From: Candidatus Binatia bacterium
GTDB lineage: Bacteria > Methylomirabilota > Methylomirabilia > Rokubacteriales > CSP1-6
DNA length: 39,827 nt
NCBI GenBank assembly: GCA_035544455.1
Contig: DATKEI010000078.1
Span: 1 to 39,827, forward strand
Direction of reading: 5' to 3'
Below are positions 26,265 through 35,400 of this stretch, piece after piece. Position numbers and translations under genes: made by a program. The notes beneath the pieces are model-generated. The model saw only the letters and a program-made list of their open reading frames with translations, searched no databases and was not told the origin of the DNA. The first letter of the stretch is position 1. The number at the start of each line of letters is the position of its first letter.

Positions 26265-27200
26265 ATGGCCCTGCTCGTCGCCCTCCTGGTGTTCCTGATC
26301 GTCGCGACCCTGGTGGTCGGGCTGTGGTGGGCGTCCGAGCGGCGCCGCCAGATGCGCGACCGCCTGGCCACGGCCGGCGTACCGGACGACACACAGATCC
26401 TCCGGCCCGGCATCGACCAGCCCGGAGCGCTCGGCACGGCCCTCTCCGGCAGCAAGTACTACGGCAAGCTGGGCGACCTCGTCGTCCAGGCCGGCTTCAA
26501 GCAGTCGACGGCGGACTGGGCGCTGGTGGTGATCGCCTTCGCCGCCGTCGGGGGCGCCGCTGCCTGGCTGCGGACCGGCTCGGTCGCCTGGGGCATCCTC
26601 GCCATGCCGCTGGCCGCCGCCATTCCCGCCTGCTATCTCGCCTATCGCCGGCACCGCCGCCTGACCCTCTTCGGGGCCCAGCTGCCGGAGGCGCTCGACA
26701 TGCTCGCCCGCGCCATTCGGGCCGGCAACGCCCTGAGCGGGGCCATCCGCCTCGTGGGCGAGGAGATGCCGGACCCGATCGGCGAGGAGTTCCGCCAGGT
26801 GTCCGAGGAGATCCGGCTTGGCATGGAGCCGAGCGAGTCGCTGTCGAGGCTGCAGTACCGGGTGCCCGTCGAGGACATGGTGTTCTTCTGCACCGCCATC
26901 CGCATCCAGCGCGGATCCGGGGGCAACCTGGCGGAGGTGCTCGACCGCCTGGCCGAGGTCATCCGGGAGCGGTTCAAGATCCTCAGCTACGCCCGCGTGC
27001 TCTCGGCCCAGCACAAGTGGTCGGCCATCCTCGTCGGCCTCAGCCCTGCCATCGCCGCGGTGGCGTTCGCCATCCTCCAGCCAACCTACTTCAGCGAGCT
27101 CCTCACGAACCCCATCGGCCCGACTCTGATTGGCGCCGGGCTGGCGCTCGAGGCTATCGGCTTCTTCGCAGTCTGGCGCATCGCCAAGATCAAGGTCTGA
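26265..27200 (+). CDS. tadB: TadB (GspF-like inner-membrane platform protein)
   Basis: 311 aa. T2SSF-type domain (LPEALDMLARAIRAGNAL) flanked by TM segments. Confidence 0.88.
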   Translation: MALLVALLVFLIVATLVVGLWWASERRRQMRDRLATAGVPDDTQILRPGIDQPGALGTALSGSKYYGKLGDLVVQAGFKQSTADWALVVIAFAAVGGAAAWLRTGSVAWGILAMPLAAAIPACYLAYRRHRRLTLFGAQLPEALDMLARAIRAGNALSGAIRLVGEEMPDPIGEEFRQVSEEIRLGMEPSESLSRLQYRVPVEDMVFFCTAIRIQRGSGGNLAEVLDRLAEVIRERFKILSYARVLSAQHKWSAILVGLSPAIAAVAFAILQPTYFSELLTNPIGPTLIGAGLALEAIGFFAVWRIAKIKV

Positions 27201-27204
27201 CGCC

Positions 27205-28149
27205 ATGGATCCCACTATCGTCGTCGTTCTCTCCTTCGTGATCGTGGCCGGTTTCACCCTCCTGATTGGCATCACCCTCATGCGGCTCTGGCCGGCCGTG
27301 CGCGCGGGGCGACTGGCCGGAACAGCGGCGGGAGCCTCCGGCGATGCGTCCATCTTCCGCTGGTCGGATGCACCCGAGTCGGGCATCCGGGGCATCCTCC
27401 ACCACCTGGGCAGGTCCGCCGCCCCCCGGACCGAGGCGGGCCGCTCGCGCTACCGGAGCAAGCTCGCGTGGGCGGGGTATCACGACCCGAACGCCCTGCT
27501 CCTCTTCGTGGGCGCCAAGGTGGCGCTGGCCCTGTTGGTGGGCTCGGGCTACTTCATCTACGGGATCACCGTCCAGCGCGTCCTGCCCAACCTCTTCGCC
27601 GTCAGCCTGGGGCTGGCGGCGGCCGGGTTCTTCCTGCCGGACTTCTGGCTGCACAACCGGATCAAGGCCCGCCGACGCGAGATCGTCCATGCCCTGCCGG
27701 ACGTCCTCGACATGCTCACGGTGTGCGTCGAGGCCGGGATGGGCTTCGACGCCGCCGTGACGCGCGTGGCCGAGCAGCCGGAGGCGCGGTCCAGCCCGCT
27801 CCATCAGGAGCTGCGGCGGACGAGCCTCGAAGTCCGGGCCGGGCGCCCGCGCGCCGAGGCGTTGCGCGCGCTGGGTGAGCGTACAGGGGCCCAGGAAGTG
27901 AAGGCTGTGGTGGGGGCCTTCATCCAGACCGAGAAGCTCGGCACGCCGCTCGGCAAGACCCTGCGGATCCACGCCGAGGCCGCCCGCGTCCAGCGCCGTC
28001 ATCGGGCAGAGGAACGGGCGCATCTGGCGCCCCTCAAGATGCTCGGGCCCACGGTCTTCTTTCTGTTCCCCGCGTTCTTCCTGGTCGCCCTCGCCCCGTC
28101 ATTGCTGAACATCCTCGCCCTCCTGAAGGCGATCGGTGGCACGAGATAG
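27205..28149 (+). CDS. tadC: TadC (GspF-like inner-membrane platform protein)
   Basis: Starts MDPTIVVVLSF (ATG 27205). LPDVLDMLTVCVEAGMGF motif, C-terminal TM. Confidence 0.88.
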   Translation: MDPTIVVVLSFVIVAGFTLLIGITLMRLWPAVRAGRLAGTAAGASGDASIFRWSDAPESGIRGILHHLGRSAAPRTEAGRSRYRSKLAWAGYHDPNALLLFVGAKVALALLVGSGYFIYGITVQRVLPNLFAVSLGLAAAGFFLPDFWLHNRIKARRREIVHALPDVLDMLTVCVEAGMGFDAAVTRVAEQPEARSSPLHQELRRTSLEVRAGRPRAEALRALGERTGAQEVKAVVGAFIQTEKLGTPLGKTLRIHAEAARVQRRHRAEERAHLAPLKMLGPTVFFLFPAFFLVALAPSLLNILALLKAIGGTR

Positions 28150-28178
28150 ATGGAGTCTTACCCATGGAGGCATTGGGC

Positions 28179-28799
28179 ATGAGCCGATCTGCCGTACTGA
28201 TGGCCCTTTCGCTGGCCCTCGGAGTTCTGCCGCTGGAGCGCGCCCTCGCTCAGGACATCAGCGCCGAGGTGCGTACGTGGGCTGGCCAGTCGCTCCGTCT
28301 CGATCAGGTGTCGATCGAGGTGTTCTACACGATCTTCCCTCCGCCGGCAGACGATGGGCAGGCCTCGGGAAGCGCAAGCATGGAGGGTCTGTCCATGCTG
28401 GACCGAGACGTCCGGACCGGCTCGGGCCGCCTGGAGGCCGGACAGATGTTCGGCTCGATGCGCTCCCTCGGAGCCATGCTCGATCGGGGGCCAGATCCCA
28501 TGCAGGGGAACAAGAGCTCTGACGCGGTGACGTTCTACCGGGGTGGGGTGGCCCAGCAGGTGCCGGTGGCGAACCTCGCGGCCATGATGTTCGAGCGGAC
28601 GCCGGTGCGCGACAGCGGCCTGCCGCCCTACGTGGCCCCAGCGCACTATCGGTTTGCCGCCACGGCGGTCCTCACCGATGGACGGCGTGTGGAAGGAGAC
28701 TACGTCAACCTCGGCACCGCCATCGTCCGCGGCACGACGCAGGAAGGACGCGTCGAGATCCCCTGGCAGCAGATCGAGAGCATCCGGTTCGCCCGGTGA
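28179..28799 (+). CDS. Secreted hypothetical protein (no recognisable domain)
   Basis: Signal peptide MSRSAVLMALSLALGVLPLERALA-QD. GGAGG lies 8 nt upstream of ATG 28179 (alternative ATG 28164). Confidence 0.6.
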   Translation: MSRSAVLMALSLALGVLPLERALAQDISAEVRTWAGQSLRLDQVSIEVFYTIFPPPADDGQASGSASMEGLSMLDRDVRTGSGRLEAGQMFGSMRSLGAMLDRGPDPMQGNKSSDAVTFYRGGVAQQVPVANLAAMMFERTPVRDSGLPPYVAPAHYRFAATAVLTDGRRVEGDYVNLGTAIVRGTTQEGRVEIPWQQIESIRFAR

Positions 28800-28824
28800 G
28801 CTGTCACGGAGAGGAGGGACGGCG

Positions 28825-30183
28825 ATGAGGCGCGGGCGCTTCACGAATCAGCGCGGCACGGTCCTGCTCTTCACCACGGCGCTGGTCTTGCCCCTCATGA
28901 TCATCTTCGGGGGGCTCGGCATGGACGTCGCGTATTACGGCACGGTCGACACCGAGCTGCAGCGCTCCATGGACGCGGCATCCCTGGCCGGGGCCGGCAA
29001 GCTGGGGTTCACCACGGAGCAGTTCCCCGACGCCCGCAACTTCGCCCGCCAGTACGGGCAGCTCAACGCCTACCGCGTGGGCACCGTCGATCTGGACCTG
29101 AACGTGGGGAACGCGCCGGACGGCGACATCGTGTTGGGCATCTGGGACCCGGACGCGCGGACGTTCACGCCTTCCCTGAACGGCGTTCTCGTGGACGCCG
29201 TGCGCACGACCACCTCGGCGCCGGTGCCGATGTCGTTCCTCCGCCTGGCCGGCATCAACACGATGACGGCGCGGGCGTCGGCCATCGCCTGGGCGCCGCC
29301 GCCGACCATCCCGCCCTCGTGCATCTTCCCGGTAAGCCTCACCGACACGCCGTTCGAGCCCGGGGGCGCCTCGGGCTGTGGGCGGCCGGCCCGGTTCATC
29401 TCGAGCTCCACCAGCTCGGAGATCGGCTTCAACACCGCGGGCTGGGTGAACCTGCAGGGATGCGGGACGCCCAATGCCAACATGACGCGGGATGCCATCG
29501 ACGACGCGGCCTCGGGGAACTGCCCGACCACCGACCGTCGCGCCGGCGACTACGTGGGCACCAACGGGGGCATGATCCAGTCCGGCTTCAACCGGATCGT
29601 TCACCACTTCCCGATCAAGTTCAACGAGTCCGGCATGATCGAGATCGACGAGACCGACCCGAACACGGGACAGCCGCTGAGGAGCTACGAGGGGCCGGGC
29701 TGGTCGACGGTGGTGCCGGTGGTGGCCGCCTGCACGTGCTCGAGCGGCTGCCCGACGGCCAGCCTTCCGTTCGGCCTGTCCATGCTGGCGCGGCTGATCC
29801 GCGGCGACTTCTCGTGTGGGTCGCTGTTCGTGGGCACCGCCTTCGCCCAGGGCGAGGGAGGCGGTGGCAGTGGCACCGGCGGCGACTGCGGCTGCCCCGC
29901 CAACGTCACCCAGAACCGGCCCATCGTGGGATGGACCCGCCTGGTGATCACCCAGGTCATCGACGGGGGGCGATGCCTGGTGCACAACCCCCACGACACC
30001 GGGAACGCGCAGTACTGGCCGCCCCAGGGGGGCAACCCGAACCCGTGTGGCACCCGCCCATCCGAGCCGGGCGACTCTGCCCTCCGCGAGATCTACGGCT
30101 ACTACCTCTGCGAGCTGTTCGACACGCCGGGGGAGGCCGCGGGACCGGCGAGCGCGCGGGGCAAGCCGAAGCTGGTGCGGTAG
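28825..30183 (+). CDS. tadG: TadG-like pilus assembly protein with a Cys-rich C-terminal region
   Basis: N-terminal RGTVLLFTTALVLPLMIIFGGLGMDVAYY (Tad N-terminal motif). 452 aa. GGAGAGGAGGG RBS. Confidence 0.7.
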   Translation: MRRGRFTNQRGTVLLFTTALVLPLMIIFGGLGMDVAYYGTVDTELQRSMDAASLAGAGKLGFTTEQFPDARNFARQYGQLNAYRVGTVDLDLNVGNAPDGDIVLGIWDPDARTFTPSLNGVLVDAVRTTTSAPVPMSFLRLAGINTMTARASAIAWAPPPTIPPSCIFPVSLTDTPFEPGGASGCGRPARFISSSTSSEIGFNTAGWVNLQGCGTPNANMTRDAIDDAASGNCPTTDRRAGDYVGTNGGMIQSGFNRIVHHFPIKFNESGMIEIDETDPNTGQPLRSYEGPGWSTVVPVVAACTCSSGCPTASLPFGLSMLARLIRGDFSCGSLFVGTAFAQGEGGGGSGTGGDCGCPANVTQNRPIVGWTRLVITQVIDGGRCLVHNPHDTGNAQYWPPQGGNPNPCGTRPSEPGDSALREIYGYYLCELFDTPGEAAGPASARGKPKLVR

Positions 30184-30185
30184 TC

Positions 30186-31094
30186 ATGGGCTTCCCTGGG
30201 CCCCAGGCCGGCCGGGCGCTCCGCCAGGGCTTGCTGGCGGGACTTGGCCTCGGCGCGGCCGCCCTCGCCTCCTCGGGCTGCGTCTCCGCCGGCCTGGCCG
30301 CCGCTGGCCCACTGGCCACGGCCATCTACGCCGTGGCGGACCGGAGCGTGGAGCGCACGCTGCCGGCCGACCAGGTGGCCGCCTGGGACGCCACGGTGGA
30401 AACCTTCCGGCGCATGGCCCTGCGGGTCGAGGGGGCCGAGCAGTCGGGAGAGAGCTGGGTGCTGCGCGGCACCGGCGAGAAGGTCTCGGTGGAGGCGACG
30501 CTGGCGCCGGTGACGGCGCGCATGACCAGCCTGGGTCTGCGGGTGGAGGCGGGGCGGCTCACCGCGGACAAGAAGACGGCGGACGAGATCCTGAACCAGG
30601 TGGCGGCCTCGCTTGCGGCGGCCACGGCGGCCGCCCGGCCCCGCGAGACCGCGCCGGCCGCGGCCGATCCGCGCGCGGCCGAGGCCCTGTCCTCGCTCCG
30701 GCAGGAGGTCGAGCGGCTCGGGGCCAGGATGGACCGGGCGCCGGCCCCGGAGCGGGCCCCGGGCACGGCCGGAGCGACCGCGTCGCCGGCGGTGCTGGAG
30801 GCGGGCGCCATCGTGGTGGTGCCCACGTCGGTCGGGGTACCGAGCGTCGAGCCGCTGCCGGGCAGCGCCCTGGCCGGCGGGTTCGCAGGGCCAACCCTGG
30901 CCGCGCCGATCGCCGCGGGTTCGCTCCGCGACGGTCGGGCGAGCGACGACGTCGCGTCGCCCCAGGGCAATGGCATCGGGGGCTGGGAGCCGGTGAGGGT
31001 CGGGGTGGAGACGGACCTGCTCGTGCCCGCGCTGGCGCCGGCCGGCGTGCTTGCGCCGGTCGAGGGTGTGCCGGAGCGGCGCGGCGGCCCCTGA
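30186..31094 (+). CDS. Probable lipoprotein, unknown function (possibly DUF3568-like N-domain) with an Ala/Pro-rich tail
   Basis: LGAAALASSGC lipobox-like signal. The ATG lies 3 nt after the tadG stop. Confidence 0.6.
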   Translation: MGFPGPQAGRALRQGLLAGLGLGAAALASSGCVSAGLAAAGPLATAIYAVADRSVERTLPADQVAAWDATVETFRRMALRVEGAEQSGESWVLRGTGEKVSVEATLAPVTARMTSLGLRVEAGRLTADKKTADEILNQVAASLAAATAAARPRETAPAAADPRAAEALSSLRQEVERLGARMDRAPAPERAPGTAGATASPAVLEAGAIVVVPTSVGVPSVEPLPGSALAGGFAGPTLAAPIAAGSLRDGRASDDVASPQGNGIGGWEPVRVGVETDLLVPALAPAGVLAPVEGVPERRGGP

Positions 31095-31190
31095 TCGCCG
31101 AGGGAGCCGGCCGGGCCCCGGGCAGCGGCCGACCTCCTCTCCGCGCATGAACGCCCGCGAGCTGCGCGGCGGGACCTGGGCGCCATCGTC

Positions 31191-33881
31191 ATGACCATCC
31201 CGGAAACTCCATGGAGTCGCGCTGGCCACTCGCCGCTGCTGCGGGGCCCCGGGCCGGCGCACGTTCGTCAGGGAAACCTCACTGCCGCCTTTGTCTGGTC
31301 GGCGGCCCTTCACACCGTGGCCCTGACCTGGGTGGTCCTGCTGATCCAGGCGCCCCCGGGCGGAAGCGCTCTCGACGTCTTTCCGGTTGCCGGCCCGACC
31401 GACATCGCTCGCCAGGTGGCCGGCCCGGAGCCGGTCCTGACCGGCCCCGAGACTGCCGGCGTGGCGGCGCCAGGGCCAGGCACCGGCCTCGAGGTGAGGG
31501 TGCGGCCCAGCCCGCCCCGCCCGGCGCGCCCCGGAGGAGATGTGGGGACGGCGCCGTCGCGGCCGACTCTGGCGGCCCCCGTCCCGGCCACGGCCGGCCC
31601 GGGGGTGGCAACCTCCACGGCGCGCGCGGTCCCTCCGCCTTCTCCGCCCGCGCCGCGCTCGCACCTGGCGAGCCGGCCGGCCGTCGAGCGCGTGGTGGGG
31701 CTGGCCCTGCTGCTGGCCCCGGGAGCGCCGGCGGCGGCAACTCCCCCTCCCGTTGCGTCGGCAGCGCAGGTCCCGCGACTCTCGGCGGTCGAGGATGTCG
31801 TGGCCGGGCCCCCGGGACACGGCAGCGGCGCCCCGGGCGAGGCTCTCCCGGTCGTGCGGGTCCTGGCCGACATCCAGGAGGCCGGCCCCGCGGTCGCGCC
31901 CAGCCCGACGCGCCCGGCTACCCGAGCCGCTCCGGTGCCGTCGCCGCCAGCCCCGCGCGAGACGCGGCTGGTTCGCGCCGGCCCGGAAGAGCCGCCTGCG
32001 CCAGCCACGGCCGCCCCGGCAAGACCGGCGGTACAGGTCGTCGCCCCCGACGATCACAGGCAGGTCCCGTCGCCTGCCCGGCTCCGCCCCGCGCCGGTGC
32101 TGGCGCTCGGGGAGCATCCCGATCCACCGGCGACTCGCGAGATGTCGGCGCCGACAGCCGAGGCACCCCTGGAGCCGGCGCCGCCGGCCATTGCGCAGCG
32201 CGCACCCGCGGCCGTCGAAGCGCCGGCCCCGGAGCCGCATGTGCCGTTGCCCCTGGCGGCGGATCCTGCCTGGCCCGCTCTGCCCCCTCCGGGGCCACCG
32301 GTGATCTCTCCGGCGCAGATCATCGAGGCCTCCCCGCCCGTTCCATCGCCAGCGCCCCGGGGCCAGCCGGCGCCGGCGGAGGCGCCGTCGACCCCGGCCG
32401 AGGCACGCGTGGCCACCCCGGAACCGCAGCATCCCGCGCCCACCCCGGTGCCGGCCCTGCTTCCTGCGCCGGCCGCGACGGCCGCGCACCACAGCACTCC
32501 GGACGCAGTGCCGGCGGCCCCGCCCCCGGCACCTCCCGCGCCGGCCAGCATCGCCTCCCGGCCCGCCGAGGTGGCCGTTCCCGTGGCGGAGGCGCCTCCG
32601 GCAGCGCCCGCCGCGGCGTCTCCTGCCATGGCTCCTCCCGTCGCGCATCCTGCGATGGCCTCGGGCGCGACTCCCAGCGCACCCCCCGCCGCTCCGCCCG
32701 CGCCGGCCGCTGCTGCTCTCGCGGGCACACCCGAGCGCGCCCCGGTGCCGGAGCCGCTGCCCCGGCCACCGCCCGCTCCCCGGATCCCGCAGTCACCCGC
32801 GCCCGCCCCTCACGCGGCCAACCCGCTGCTCCCGCGGCCCGGCACCGTGCTCGGCCTTGGCCTCGCGCGCGTCCGGGTGGAGCTGGAGGCGCCGCGGCAG
32901 AAGGTGACCGACCGCGAGACGGACCGCGTGTCGGGGCGGGTGTTCGGCGGCCCCGCGGGGGGCGTGTCGCTCCACGTGAACGGCGTCGAGACCGCCGTCG
33001 AGCTGAAGGAGCGGGGTTTTCGCGCGGCAGTCAGCCTGCGGCCCGGCCTCAACTCCATTCGCGCCGTCGTGGCTGGCCCCGGAGGCGCCGAGGCCGAGGA
33101 CGCGGTGACGGTCGAGTACGTCCCGCCGCTGCCGGCGGACGGCATCCTGCTGGCGAGCCCGCGCGACGGGCTCACCCTGGGGGCGGACGACCCGCCGGCG
33201 GTGGTGGTGGAGGGCCGGCTGGGAGATCCCGCGGCCACCGCGGTGTGGCTGGTGGCCAACGACCGGCGGGTCCAGGTGGCGGCCGCGGGGGGCCGGTTCC
33301 GCCACGTGGTGCCGGTGCTGGAGCCGGCGGTGCGCATCTGGGCCGAGCTGGACTCGCCGAACGGGGCCCCGCCGCCGCGCAGCGAGGCCGTCACCGTGCA
33401 TGCGGGGGCGGTCCGGCCCGCGGCGGGCGTGCTCGTGATGGACTGGGTGTCCGACCCCGAGGCGGTCGAGGTGACGGCGAGCTGGCGGGGCAGTCCGGAG
33501 CGCCTCGATGTCGCGCCGGTCCCCGTGTCCCTCCGACCGCTCGGGGGCGAGCGCGACCGCCGGCCGGCCGCCTTCTACCTCGGCAACCTGAGACCGGGGA
33601 TCTACACGTTCGCCGTGCGCGCCCGGGGCGCGGGGGCGCGGGCCGGCGTTCACTCGACCCTCTATCTCGGGAACGGCGGGGCCGTGCAGCAGCGCACGCT
33701 GGCCCCGGTGTCCCTCGGGCCCGGCGAGCGCGTCGTGCTGGCGCGCGTGCTCCACCCGCACGGGGTCTTCTGGGACGAGGACGCCTGGTTCACCGGCCGG
33801 AGCGAGAGCGCCGAGGCTATCACCAAGTTCCGCTTCCCCGAGGGCGTCACCTGGGTGGAGCGCAAGGCGGATGTCCAGTGA
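31191..33881 (+). CDS. 896-aa membrane-anchored protein: TonB-like N-terminal TM (S-x3-H), ~500-aa Pro/Ala-rich spacer, ~330-aa beta-rich C-terminal region
   Basis: TM FVWSAALHTVALTWVVLLI. Extreme P/A low complexity from about residue 90 to 560. The C-terminal part has normal composition (VSGRVFGG...LHVNGVE...). Confidence 0.65.
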   Translation: MTIPETPWSRAGHSPLLRGPGPAHVRQGNLTAAFVWSAALHTVALTWVVLLIQAPPGGSALDVFPVAGPTDIARQVAGPEPVLTGPETAGVAAPGPGTGLEVRVRPSPPRPARPGGDVGTAPSRPTLAAPVPATAGPGVATSTARAVPPPSPPAPRSHLASRPAVERVVGLALLLAPGAPAAATPPPVASAAQVPRLSAVEDVVAGPPGHGSGAPGEALPVVRVLADIQEAGPAVAPSPTRPATRAAPVPSPPAPRETRLVRAGPEEPPAPATAAPARPAVQVVAPDDHRQVPSPARLRPAPVLALGEHPDPPATREMSAPTAEAPLEPAPPAIAQRAPAAVEAPAPEPHVPLPLAADPAWPALPPPGPPVISPAQIIEASPPVPSPAPRGQPAPAEAPSTPAEARVATPEPQHPAPTPVPALLPAPAATAAHHSTPDAVPAAPPPAPPAPASIASRPAEVAVPVAEAPPAAPAAASPAMAPPVAHPAMASGATPSAPPAAPPAPAAAALAGTPERAPVPEPLPRPPPAPRIPQSPAPAPHAANPLLPRPGTVLGLGLARVRVELEAPRQKVTDRETDRVSGRVFGGPAGGVSLHVNGVETAVELKERGFRAAVSLRPGLNSIRAVVAGPGGAEAEDAVTVEYVPPLPADGILLASPRDGLTLGADDPPAVVVEGRLGDPAATAVWLVANDRRVQVAAAGGRFRHVVPVLEPAVRIWAELDSPNGAPPPRSEAVTVHAGAVRPAAGVLVMDWVSDPEAVEVTASWRGSPERLDVAPVPVSLRPLGGERDRRPAAFYLGNLRPGIYTFAVRARGAGARAGVHSTLYLGNGGAVQQRTLAPVSLGPGERVVLARVLHPHGVFWDEDAWFTGRSESAEAITKFRFPEGVTWVERKADVQ

Positions 33882-34609
33882 GGCGGCGGGCGTTCCTGGG
33901 CGGAGGGCTCGCCGCCGCGGCGGCCGCCTCACTCGCGGCGAGCCCGGCCGACCTGAACCAGGCCGGCATGGCCGCCTACGGGCGCGGCGACTACGCGGCG
34001 GCCGAGCAGCTCTTCACCCGGGCCGCCGCCCGTGCCCCGCGCGACCCGCTGCTCCACTACCACCGTGGCGTGGCGCTGAGCCGCCTCTCGCGGTGGAGCG
34101 AGGCCACCGCCGCCTACCAGTCGGCCCTGCGCCTGGGCCCGCCCCCGGAGCTGGCCGCGACGATCCGGGAGGCGATGCGGGCGGCCGCGCCGTACACGGA
34201 GGCCCGGCCGGTGCCGCGGCGCGGGCCCGAGGAGCACGAGGTGCCGCTCGATCGCATGGCGGGCGGGTGGATCGCCGAGGTGGTGCTGAACGACACCCGC
34301 ACCGCGCGCTTCCTGGTGGACACGGGGGCCAGCATCTGCGTGATCGCCCCCGGCCTGGCCCGTGAGCTGGGCATCGCCCCCGGCCCCGGCGCCGAGGAGA
34401 TCCTGCTCCAGACCCTGTCCGGGCAGACCAGGGGGCCAGTGGTGCGCATCCCCGTGCTGCGGGTGGGCGACGCCGAGAGCCGATCGGTGCCGGCCGTGGT
34501 GCACGAGACGGGCCCCTCGATGGACGGCATCCTGGGCAACACCTTCCTCGGTCGCTTCACCGTCACGGTGGACCCTGGCCGCCGGGTCCTGAGCCTCCGC
34601 TCGAGGTGA
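33878..34609 (+). CDS. Tat-signal TPR + retropepsin-like (clan AA) aspartic protease fusion
   Basis: GTG 33878 overlaps the upstream stop (GTGA). Twin-arginine signal RRRAFLGGGLAAAAAASLAA. TPR-like AGMAAYGRGDYAAAEQLF...YQSALRL. Active-site FLVDTGAS. Confidence 0.75.
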   Translation: MRRRAFLGGGLAAAAAASLAASPADLNQAGMAAYGRGDYAAAEQLFTRAAARAPRDPLLHYHRGVALSRLSRWSEATAAYQSALRLGPPPELAATIREAMRAAAPYTEARPVPRRGPEEHEVPLDRMAGGWIAEVVLNDTRTARFLVDTGASICVIAPGLARELGIAPGPGAEEILLQTLSGQTRGPVVRIPVLRVGDAESRSVPAVVHETGPSMDGILGNTFLGRFTVTVDPGRRVLSLRSR

Positions 34610-34867
34610 TGGCGGTGCGGCCGGGTCGAGCGCTGCCCCGCGCGGCAGGGGCGAGCGGCCCGCGCGCCGGCCGGGCCCGGGTCGTCCGCGCCCGGCGCGC
34701 CGGGGTCCCGCCTGTCGGGATCCGGCCCGCCGGGCGGCCAGCCCGCCGGATCCAGCTTGCCGGGGTCCGGCGCGCCGGGGCCCCCACCTGCCGAACCTGC
34801 CGGGGGGCCTTGACGACCCCGATGCGCCGCGGGATCGTCGGCCAGGGGCACCGGGCGAGCCAGGCGT

Positions 34868-35383
34868 TCAGCCCATCGCGCTCACGAGGAGGCCGCCGAG
34901 CAGGGCGATGATGGCCCCCACCGGCATCCGCGTCTTCCGGGTGGCCCGGTGGGCCGCCAGCAGCACCAGCGCCACCGCCCCGCCGATGATCTGGGAGGCG
35001 GCCAGCACCAGCAGCGCCCGCTGCCAGCCGAGCGACGCCCCCAGCAGGGCCATCAGCTTGATGTCGCCCCCCCCCATGGCGCCACGGCTCACCACGGCCA
35101 CCACCAGCACCACCCCGCCTCCGGCGACGGCGCCCAGCGCCGCCTCCCCGAGCGCCTCCAGCCCGCGCGCGGCGGCCAGGGCGAGCGCGTACGCGAGGGT
35201 GGGGAGCGTCACGACGTCCGGGATGATGCGGCTGCGGAGATCCAGCACGGTGACGAGGGCGAGGGCGGCGAGCACCGGCAGCAGCAGCGCCCAGCGCACG
35301 CCGGGGCCCAGCCGGCCCAGCGCCAGCAGGGCCAGCAGCGCGGCGATGGCGCACACCCCGGCCAGGGGCAGCGGCCGGCGCAC
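34868..35383 (-). CDS. cpaA: A24-family prepilin peptidase (CpaA/TadV type, no methyltransferase domain)
   Basis: Catalytic Asp contexts RIIPDVV and GGGDIKLMA. Polytopic. The GTG start at 35383 (alternative 35356) lies 17 nt after the upstream gene's stop. Confidence 0.8.
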   Translation of the reverse strand: MRRPLPLAGVCAIAALLALLALGRLGPGVRWALLLPVLAALALVTVLDLRSRIIPDVVTLPTLAYALALAAARGLEALGEAALGAVAGGGVVLVVAVVSRGAMGGGDIKLMALLGASLGWQRALLVLAASQIIGGAVALVLLAAHRATRKTRMPVGAIIALLGGLLVSAMG

Positions 35384-35400
35384 CGCGGCGAGGGCCGCGG

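Noticed and set aside
31147-31191. 15-codon upstream ORF (MNARELRGGTWAPSS) overlapping the start of the 896-aa gene by ATGA
   Set aside because: No RBS and too short to assess. Likely fortuitous.
30102-32648. 848-aa minus-strand ORF, plus several 200-370-aa ORFs in other frames across 30-33 kb
   Set aside because: They arise from the Pro/Ala-rich (GC-only codon) coding region and are open in all frames. Only the plus-strand frames with signal, TM and normal-composition domains were kept.
31450-32800. Apparent nucleotide-level repeats (GCGCCGGCC-type)
   Set aside because: They are explained by Pro/Ala low-complexity coding. I could not define a discrete repeat unit by eye.
31211-34609. 1132-aa plus-strand ORF
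   Set aside because: Only its last 243 codons (from GTG 33878) look like protein (Tat signal, TPR, DTGAS). The upstream ~890 codons are an Arg/Gly-rich alternative frame of the 31191-33881 gene.
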